64,000 nucleotides of DNA, from assembly GCA_964057225.1 (NCBI GenBank), contig OZ059899.1, forward strand, positions 16,988,001 to 17,052,000. Direction: 5' to 3'. Made by a program: the position numbers and the translations under genes. A model generated the notes under the pieces. The model saw nothing but the letters and a program-made list of their open reading frames with translations. It made no database searches and was not told the origin of the DNA. This document shows positions 23,109 through 33,500 of the stretch, in pieces. The stretch's first letter is position 1; each line of letters opens with the position of its first letter. Source of the stretch: Auanema rhodensis (lineage: Eukaryota; Animalia; Nematoda).

Positions 23109-24092
23109 GTGTGTTGGCGTTTTTTCGTCGTCCGATGGACTTAAATCGTTGTCAAACGAGTCGTCACTATCGGGAAAAGGAAATCGAGAAATACGATTTC
23201 TCTTGTCTCTTAATCTTTGAGAGGTACGGAAAGGCGTATCCGTATAATTATTCTTGGAGGTTGCCGTTTTGGAAAAGGAGGAAAGTCAGAACAATCTACA
23301 ATGTAAAATAGTGGAATAAGTTAGTAAACAAGATAAGAATATGAATAGTTAATAGTGAATAAATTAGTGAATAACGTGAAAAAAAAAATCAAAGAAAAAA
23401 AAAGATATATAATAATATGGGTTGAAGATTAATTAATTAATGAACTCATACAAAAACAAACTATAGAGAGGAAAAAAAAAAGTGAATATAATTAATTGTT
23501 AAGATGATGATAGGATATGATTATGTGACAATGTGATTCATAAATTAGAGAAGTGAGTATGGCGGACAAATCAAAATCTCAATTGTTACTGAATAACAAT
23601 GAATTACCAAACAAGGCATCTTTCAAATTCCAAAGTCTTTGTTTCAACTTGAATCAACAATCAAAAAATTATGAGAGGAAGGTTTAAATTCAAATATGAC
23701 AAATGATACAGCGGATGTTATTTTCTTACAGTGGCCATTCTGTTAGTACAAACTTGTAATCTTTATCAAAAATATCGCAAATTGACTTTATTAAGGTCCA
23801 ATTTTGCTTATATCAAACAGCTTTTCCATTTCCAAAAAATATATATTTTTCGCCACAATGAAAAATCAAAAGTACAACTGCGCAGAAACAAAAAGAAATC
23901 GAAAAGTTGGCCAATTCAGTATCTCACCCTTGCGCAAAATATCAACCCTGTTTATTAAAAAAATGAGTGAGACCCTTCGTACTGAATTGGAAAGAGAGGT
24001 GGTAGCCCAGGGAAATAGCTCAAAAAAATTCTCTTTAACTGAATGATAATTCATAATTTAATCGAGTTCAAAAAATCGTAAAAAGATTCTAA

Positions 24093-24105
24093 GGTGGAAC
24101 CTCCA
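24093..24105 (-). other. Primer-binding site TGGAGGTTCCACC, tRNA-Gln type
   Basis: Directly follows the 5' LTR. The + strand GGTGGAACCTCCA equals the 3' end of metazoan tRNA-Gln as I recall it (...CTCGGTGGAACCT+CCA). Confidence 0.85.
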
Positions 24106-24504
24106 TGTAATATCCTTATGTTGGATATTAATATTCCATGATTGACCCTTAGATTGATGTGTTGTAAAAGAAACAATAAGATTTGAGGAAGAGAGAAAGA
24201 TTTATTATAAATAAAAAACATTTAAACAATAAACAAATAAAGATAAAGATAAGTCCGCCAACTGAAGATTCAGTTGAATGGCAAGCTTATATAGCGAATG
24301 TTATCAGCATTTTCCACGAAAGGTTATAAGTTGTCAATGACAATTATAACTATCTCAGAAAATGCTGAGGCTGCAAAATATAACTGATAACATAATACAC
24401 TAAGACAAGAAACTAGAATTATAAAATATAAAATATAAAACACAGAATAAAGAAATACATAAAAATTATAGAAAGAATAAAGTAAAGAATTATAAAGTAT
24501 AACA
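24106..24504 (-). repeat. 5' LTR (399 bp)
   Basis: Direct repeat of 15127-15525; followed on the minus strand by the PBS. Confidence 0.97.
24260..24293 (-). promoter_or_regulatory. LTR core promoter: TATATAA plus initiator-like TCAGTT
   Basis: Minus strand reads GCTATATAAGCTTGCCATTCAACTGAATCTTCAGTT. The first T of the TATA (24293) lies 30 nt upstream of the A of TCAGTT (24263). Confidence 0.65.
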
Positions 24505-24508
24505 CATT
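24505..24508. other. Target-site duplication CATT (right copy)
   Basis: Matches 15123-15126; the satellite resumes in register. Confidence 0.95.
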
Positions 24509-27500
24509 AGTGTATGTTGAGTTTCCATGTACACTCAACATTGCTTCCAAAAACATTTTGACAAAAATTTTTTCGAAAAATTTCAAAATAATTTCGCAAA
24601 AAGTAAATGTTTTTAGATTCCTTTTTTTAAGGCAAAGACGATGGACAATGTTATTCAACGAAAAAATTAATTCTGCAGGGTGAAAATCGAGGATATAAGT
24701 GTGAACTTATATCAGTTGATATCTCGGTGCATTTTTAAGCTAGCGCAAATCTGATAACACAGATCGACGCAGCTTAAAAATCCGCATCGAATGCACTATA
24801 CTACATTGAGAAACGCTTAATACAAAAATTAGTTATGATCGTTTGAAAAAAGACGCATTAGTGTATGTTGAGTTTCCATGTACACTCAACATTGCTTCCA
24901 AAAACATTTTGACAAAAATTTTTTCGAAAAATTTCAAAATAATTTCGCAAAAAGTAAATGTTTTTAGATTCCTTTTTTTAAGGCAAAGACGATGGACAAT
25001 GTTATTCAACGAAAAAATTAATTCTGCAGGGTGAAAATCGAGGATATAAGTGTGAACTTATATCAGTTGATATCTCGGTGCATTTTTAAGCTAGCGCAAA
25101 TCTGATAACACAGATCGACGCAGCTTAAAAATCCGCATCGAATGCACTATACTACATTGAGAAACGCTTAATACAAAAATTAGTTATGATCGTTTGAAAA
25201 ATGATGCATTAGTGTTTGTTGAGTTTCCATGTACACTCAACATTGCTTCCAAAAACATTTTGACAAAAATTTTTTCGAAAAATTTCAAAATAATTTCGCA
25301 AAAAGTAAATGTTTTTAGATTCCTTTTTTTAAGGCAAAGACGATGGACAATGTTATTCAACGAAAAAATTAATTCTGCAGGGTGAAAATCGAGGATATAA
25401 GTGTGAACATATATCAGTTGATATCTCGGTGAATTTTTAAGCTAGCGCAAATCTGATAACACAGATCGACGCAGCTTAAAAGTCCGCATCGAATGCACTA
25501 TACAACATTGAGAAACGCTTAATACAAAAATTAGTTATGATCGTTTGAAAAAAGACGCATTAGTGTATGTTGAGTTTCCATGTACACTCAACATTGCTTC
25601 CAAAAACATTTTGACAAAAATTTTTTCGAAAAATTTCAAAATAATTTCGCAAAAAGTAAATGTTTTTAGATTCCTTTTTTTAAGGCAAAGACGATGGACA
25701 ATGTTATTCAACGAAAAAATTAATTCTGCAGGGTGAAAATCGAGGATATAAGTGTGAACTTATATCAGTTGATATCTCGGTGCATTTTTAAGCTAGCGCA
25801 AATCTGATAACACAGATCGACGCAGCTTAAAAATCCGCATCGAATGCACTATATTACATTGAGAAACGCTCAATACAAAAATTAGTTATGATTGTTTGAA
25901 AAATGATGCATTAGTGTATGTTGAGTTTCCATGTACACTCAACATTGCTTCCAAAAACATTTTGACAAAAATTTTCCCGAAAAATTTCAAGATAATTTCA
26001 CAAAAAGTAGATGTTTTTAGATTCATTTTTTCAAGGCAAAGATGATGGACAATGTTATTCAACGAAAAAATTAATTCTTCAGGGTGAAAATCGAGGAAGT
26101 TCACACTTATATCAGTTGATATCTCGGTGAATTTTTAAGCTAGCGCAAATCTGATAACACAGATCGACGCAGCTTAAAAATCCGCATCGAATGCACTATA
26201 CAACATTGAGAAACGCTTAATACAAAAGTTAGTTATGATCGTTTGGAAAATGATGCATTAGTGTATGTTGAGTTTCCATGTACACTCAACATTGCTTCCA
26301 AAAACATTTTGACAAAAATTTTCCCGAAAAATTTCAAGATAATTTCACAAAAAGTAGATGTTTTTAGATTCCTTTTTTTCAAGGCAAAGACGATGGACAA
26401 TGTTATTCAACGAAAAAATTAATTCTTCAGGGTGACAATCGAGGATATAAGTGTGAACTTATATCAGTTGATATCTCGGTGAATTTTTGAGCTAGCGCAA
26501 ATCTGATAACACAGATCGACGCAGCTTAAAAATCCACATCGAATGCACTATACAACATTGAGAAACGCTTAATACAAAAATTAGTTATGATCGTTTGAAA
26601 AAAGACGCATTAGTGTATGTTGATTTTCCATGTACACTCAACATTGCTTCCAAAAACATTTTGACAAAAATTTTTTCGAAAAATTTCAAAATAATTTCGC
26701 AAAAAGTAAATGTTTTTAGATTCCTTTTTTTAAGGCAAAGACGATCGACAATGTTATTCAACGAAAAAATTAATTCTGCAGGGTGAAAATCGAGGATATA
26801 AGTGTGAACTTATATCAGTTGATATCTCGGTGCATTTTTAAGCTAGCGCAAATCTGATAACACAGATCGACGCAGCTTAAAAATCCGCATCGAATGCACT
26901 ATACTACATTGAGAAACGCCCAATACAAAAATTAGTTATGATCGTTTGAAAAATGATGCATTAGTGTATGTTGAGTTTCCATGTACACTCAACATTGCTT
27001 CCAAAAACATTTTGACAAAAATTTTTTCGAAAAATTTCAAAATAATTTCGCAAAAAGTAAATGTTTTTAGATTCCTTTTTTTAAGGCAAAGACGATGGAC
27101 AATGTTATTCAACGAAAAAATTAATTCTGCAGGGTGAAAATCGAGGATATAAGTGTGAACTTATATCAGTTGATATCTCGGTGCATTTTTAAGCTAGCGC
27201 AAATCTGATAACACAGATCGACGAAGCTTAAAAATCCACATCGAATGCACTATACAACATTGAGAAACGCTTAATACAAAAATTAGTTATGATCGTTTGA
27301 AAAAAGACGCATTAGTGTATGTTGATTTTCCATGTACACTCAACATTGCTTCCAAAAACATTTTGACAAAAATTTTTTCGAAAAATTTCAAAATAATTTC
27401 GCAAAAAGTAAATGTTTTTAGATTCCTTTTTTTAAGGCAAAGACGATGGACAATGTTATTCAACGAAAAAATTAATTCTGCAGGGTGAAAATCGAGGATA

Positions 27501-30500
27501 TAAGTGTGAACTTATATCAGTTGATATCTCGGTGCATTTTTAAGCTAGCGCAAATCTGATAACACAGATCGACGCAGCTTAAAAATCCGCATCGAATGCA
27601 CTATACTACATTGAGAAACGCCCAATACAAAAATTAGTTATGATCGTTTGAAAAATGATGCATTAGTGTATGTTGAGTTTCCATGTACACTCAACATTGC
27701 TTCCAAAAACATTTTGACAAAAATTTTTTCGAAAAATTTCAAAATAATTTCGCAAAAAGTAAATGTTTTTAGATTCCTTTTTTTAAGGCAAAGACGATGG
27801 ACAATGTTATTCAACGAAAAAATTAATTCTGCAGGGTGAAAATCGAGGATATAAGTGTGAACTTATATCAGTTGATATCTCGGTGCATTTTTAAGCTAGC
27901 GCAAATCTGATAACACAGATCGACGCAGCTTAAAAATCCGCATCGAATGCACTATACTACATTGAGAAACGCTTAATACAAAAATTAGTTATGATCGTTT
28001 GAAAAATGATGCATTAGTGTATGTTGAGTTTCCATGTACACTCAACATTGCTTCCAAAAACATTTTGACAAAAATTTTTTCGAAAAATTTCAAAATAATT
28101 TCGCAAAAAGTAAATGTTTTTAGATTCCTTTTTTTAAGGCAAAGACGATGGACAATGTTATTCAACGAAAAAATTAATTCTGCAGGGTGAAAATCGAGGA
28201 TATAAGTGTGAACATATATCAGTTGATATCTCGGTGAATTTTTAAGCTAGCGCAAATCTGATAACACAGATCGACGCAGCTTAAAAGTCCGCATCGAATG
28301 CACTATACAACATTGAGAAACGCTTAATACAAAAATTAGTTATGATCGTTTGAAAAAAGACGCATTAGTGTATGTTGAGTTTCCATGTACACTCAACATT
28401 GCTTCCAAAAACATTTTGACAAAAATTTTTTCGAAAAATTTCAAAATAATTTCGCAAAAAGTAAATGTTTTTAGATTCATTTTTTTAAGGCAAAGACGAT
28501 GGACAATGTTATTCAACGAAAAAATTAATTCTGCAGGGTGAAAATCGAGGATATAAGTGTGAACTTATATCAGTTGATATCTCGGTGCATTTTTAAGCTA
28601 GCGCAAATCTGATAACACAGATCGACGCAGCTTAAAAATCCGCATCGAATGCACTATACTACATTGAAAAACGCTTAATACAAAAATTAGTTATGATCGT
28701 TTGAAAAATGATGCATTAGTGTATGTTGAGTTTCCATGTACACTCAACATTGCTTCCAAAAACATTTTTACAAAAATTTTTCCGAAAAATTTCAAAATAA
28801 TTTCGCAAAAAGTAGATGTTTTTAGATTCCTTTTTTTAAGGCAAAGACGATGGACAATGTTATTCAACGAAAAAATTAATTCTGCAGGGTGAAAATCGAG
28901 GATATAAGTGTGAACTTATATCAGTTGATATCTCGGTGCATTTTTAAGCTAGCGCAAATCTGATAACACAGATCGACGCAGCTTAAAAATCCGCATCGAA
29001 TGCACTATACAACATTGAGAAACGCTTAATACAAAAATTAGTTATGATTGTTTGAAAAATGATGCATTAGTGTATGTTGAGTTTCCATGTACACTCAACA
29101 TTGCTTCCAAAAACATTTTGACAAAAATTTTTTCGAAAAATTTCAGAATATTTTCGCAAAAAGTAAATGTTTTTAGATTCCTTTTTTTAAGGCAAAGACG
29201 ATGGACAATGTTATTCAACGAAAAAATTAATTCTGCAGGGTGAAAATCGAGGATATAAGTGTGAACTTATATCAGTTGATATCTCGGTGCATTTTTAAGC
29301 TAGCGCAAATCTGATAACACAGATCGACGCAGCTTAAAAATCCGCATCGAATGCACTATACTACATTGAGAAACGCTTAATACAAAAATTAGTTATGATC
29401 GTTTGAAAAATGATGCATTAGTGTATGTTGAGTTTCCATGTACACTCAACATTGCTTCCAAAAACATTTTGACAAAAATTTTTTCGAAAAATTTCAGAAT
29501 ATTTTAGCAAAAAATAGTTGTTTTTAGATTCCTTTTTTCAAGGCAAAGACGATGGACAATGTTATTCAACGAAAAAATTAATTCTGCAGGGTGAAAATCG
29601 AGGATATAAGTGTGAACTTATATCAGTTGATATCTCGGTGAATTTTTAAGTTAGCGCAAATCTGATAAAACAGATCGACGCAGCTTAAAAATCCGCATTG
29701 AATGCACTATACAACATTGAGAAACGCTTAATACAAAAATTAGTTATGATCGTTTGAAAAAAGACGCATTAGTGTATGTTGAGTTTCCATGTACACTCAA
29801 CATTGCTTCCAAAAACATTTTGACAAAAATTTTTTCGAAAAATTTCAGAATATTTTAGCAAAAAATAGTTGTTTTTAGATTCCTTTTTTCAAGGCAAAGA
29901 CGATGGACAATGTTATTCAACGAAAAAATTAATTCTGCAGGGTGAAAATCGAGGATATAAGTGTGAACATATATCAGTTGATATCTCGGTGAATTTTTAA
30001 GCTAGCGCAAATCTGATAACACAGATCGACGCAGCTTAAAAATCCGCATCGAATGCACTATACAACATTGAGAAACGCTTAATACAAAAATTAGTTATGA
30101 TCGTTTGAAAAAAGACGCATTAGTGTATGTTGAGTTTCCATGTACACTCAACATTGCTTCCAAAAACATTTTGACAAAAATTTTTTCGAAAAATTTCAAA
30201 AAAATTTCGCAAAAAGTAAATGTTTTTAGATTCCTTTTTTTAAGGCAAAGACGATGGACAATGTTATTCAACGAAAAAATTAATTCTGCAGGGTGAAAAT
30301 CGAGGATATAAGTGTGAACTTATATCAGTTGATATCTCGGTGCATTTTTAAGCTAGCGCAAATCTGATAACACAGATCGACGCAGCTTAAAAATCCGCAT
30401 CGAATGCACTATACTACATTGAGAAACGCTTGATACAAAAATTAGTTATGATCGTTTGAAAAATGATGCATTAGTGTATGTTGAGTTTCCATGTACACTC

Positions 30501-33500
30501 AACATAGCTTCCAAAAACATTTTGACAAAAATTTTCCCGAAAAATTTCAAGATAATTTCACAAAAAGTAGATGTTTTTAGATTCATTTTTTCAAGGCAAA
30601 GATGATGGACAATGTTATTCAACGAAAAAATTAATTCTTCAGGGTGAAAATCGAGGAAGTTCACACTTATATCAGTTGATATCTCGGTGCATTTTTAAGA
30701 TAGCGCAAATCTGATAACATAGATCGACGCAGCTTAAAAATCCGCATCGAATGCACTATACTACATTGAGAAACGCTCAATACAAAAATTAGTTATAATC
30801 GTTTGAAAAATGATGCATTAGTGTATGTTGAGTTTCCATGTACACTCAACATTGCTTCCAAAAACATTTTGACAAAAATTTTTCCGAAAAATTTCAAGAT
30901 AATTTCACAAAAAGTAGATGTTTTTAGATTCATTTTTTCAAGGCAAAGATGATGGACAATGTTATTCAACGAAAAAATTAATTCTTCAGGGTGAAAATCG
31001 AGGAAGTTCACACTTATATCAGTTGATATCTCGGTGCATTTTTAAGATAGCGCAAATCTGATAACATAGATCGACGCAGCTTAAAAATCCGCATCGAATG
31101 CACTATACAACATTGAGAAACGCTTAATACAAAAGTTAGTTATGATCGTTTGGAAAATGATGCATTAGTGTATGTTGAGTTTCCATGTACACTCAACATT
31201 GCTTCCAAAAACATTTTGACAAAAATTTTTTCGAAAAATTTCAGAATATTTTAGCAAAAAATAGTTGTTTTTAGATTCCTTTTTTCAAGGCAAAGACGAT
31301 GGACAATGTTATTCAACGAAAAAATTAATTCTTCAGGGTGACAATCGAGGATATAAGTGTGAACTTATATCAGTTGATATCTCGGTGAATTTTTAAGCTA
31401 GCGCAAATCTGATAACACAGATCGACGCAGCTTAAAAATCCACATCGAATGCACTATACAACATTGAGAAACGCTTAATACAAAAATTAGTTATGATCGT
31501 TTGAAAAAAGACGCATTAGTGTATGTTGAGTTTCCATGTACACTCAACATTGCTTCCAAAAACATTTTGACAAAAATTTTTTCGGAAAATTTCAGAATAT
31601 TTTAGCAAAAAATAGTTGTTTTTAGATTCCTTTTTTCAAGGCAAAGACGATGGACAATGTTATTCAACGAAAAATTAATTCTGCAGGGTGAAAATCGAGG
31701 ATATAAGTGTGAACTTATATCAGTTGATATCTCGGTGAATTTTTAAGCTAGCGCAAATCTGATAACACAGATCGACGCAGCTTAAAAATCCACATCGAAT
31801 GCACTATACAACATTGAGAAACGCTTAATACAAAAATTAGTTATGATCGTTTGAAAAAAGACGCATTAGTGTATGTTGAGTTTCCATGTACACTCAACAT
31901 TGCTTCCAAAAACATTTTGACAAAAATTTTTTCGAAAAATTTCAAAATAATTTCGCAAAAAGTAAATGTTTTTAGATTCCTTTTTTTAAGGCAAAGACGA
32001 TGGACAATGTTATTCAACGAAAAAATTAATTCTGCAGGGTGAAAATCGAGGATATAAGTGTGAACTTATATCAGTTGATATCTCGGTGCATTTTTAAGCT
32101 AGCGCAAATCTGATAACACAGATCGACGCAGCTTAAAAATCCGCATCGAATGCACTATACTACATTGAGAAACGCTTAATACAAAAATTAGTTATGATCG
32201 TTTGAAAAATGATGCATTAGTGTATGTTGAGTTTCCATGTACACTCAACATTGCTTCCAAAAACATTTTGACAAAAATTTTTTCGAAAAATTTCAAAATA
32301 ATTTCGCAAAAAGTAAATGTTTTTAGATTCCTTTTTTTAAGGCAAAGACGATGGACAATGTTATTCAACGAAAAAATTAATTCTGCAGGGTGAAAATCGA
32401 GGATATAAGTGTGAACTTATATCAGTTGATATCTCGGTGCATTTTTAAGCTAGCGCAAATCTGATAACACAGATCGACGCAGCTTAAAAATCCGCATCGA
32501 ATGCACTATACTACATTGAGAAACGCTTAATACAAAAATTAGTTATGATCGTTTGAAAAATGATGCATTAGTGTATGTTGAGTTTCCATGTACACTCAAC
32601 ATTGCTTCCAAAAACATTTTGACAAAAATTTTTTCGAAAAATTTCAAAATAATTTCGCAAAAAGTAAATGTTTTTAGATTCCTTTTTTTAAGGCAAAGAC
32701 GATGGACAATGTTATTCAACGAAAAAATTAATTCTGCAGGGTGAAAATCGAGGATATAAGTGTGAACTTATATCAGTTGATATCTCGGTGCATTTTTAAG
32801 CTAGCGCAAATCTGATAACACAGATCGACGCAGCTTAAAAATCCGCATCGAATGCACTATACTACATTGAGAAACGCTTAATACAAAAATTAGTTATGAT
32901 CGTTTGAAAAATGATGCATTAGTGTATGTTGAGTTTCCATGTACACTCAACATTGCTTCCAAAAACATTTTGACAAAAATTTTTTCGAAAAATTTCAAAA
33001 TAATTTCGCAAAAAGTAAATGTTTTTAGATTCCTTTTTTTAAGGCAAAGACGATGGACAATGTTATTCAACGAAAAAATTAATTCTGCAGGGTGAAAATC
33101 GAGGATATAAGTGTGAACTTATATCAGTTGATATCTCGGTGCATTTTTAAGCTAGCGCAAATCTGATAAAACAGATCGACGCAGCTTAAAAATCCGCATC
33201 GAATGCACTGTACAACATTGAGAAACGCTTAATACAAAAATTAGTTATGATCGTTTGAAAAATGATGCATTAGTGTATGTTGAGTTTCCATGTACACTCA
33301 ACATTGCTTCCAAAAACATTTTGACAAAAATTTTTTCGAAAAATTTCAGAATATTTTAGCAAAAAATAGTTGTTTTTAGATTCCTTTTTTCAAGGCAAAG
33401 ACGATGGACAATGTTATTCAACGAAAAAATTAATTCTGCAGGGTGAAAATCGAGGATATAAGTGTGAACTTATATCAGTTGATATCTCGGTGAATTTTTA

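Larger units (their letters stand above)
15127..24504 (-). mobile_element. Full-length Ty3/Gypsy (Metaviridae) LTR retroelement / endogenous retrovirus-like element with gag-env-pol order
   Basis: Paired TG...CA LTRs, 4-bp TSD, PBS, and PR-RT-RH-IN domain order with Gypsy-type motifs (DSG, YLDD, DAS/LEAL/TDH/DALSR, HHCC, DD35E, GPY/F-like module). Confidence 0.98.

Noticed and set aside
23290-23500. Repeated GTGAATA motifs and poly-T tracts (minus strand) in the 5' leader as an intron or trans-splice acceptor
   Set aside because: Plausible (TTGTAG at 23296-23301), but not distinguishable from AT-rich background without transcript data.
16339-24054. Short antisense and alternate-frame ORFs within the element (e.g. 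18670-18999, 22891-23220, 23731-24054)
   Set aside because: Shadow ORFs of the polyprotein or of the AT-rich leader, with no motifs.
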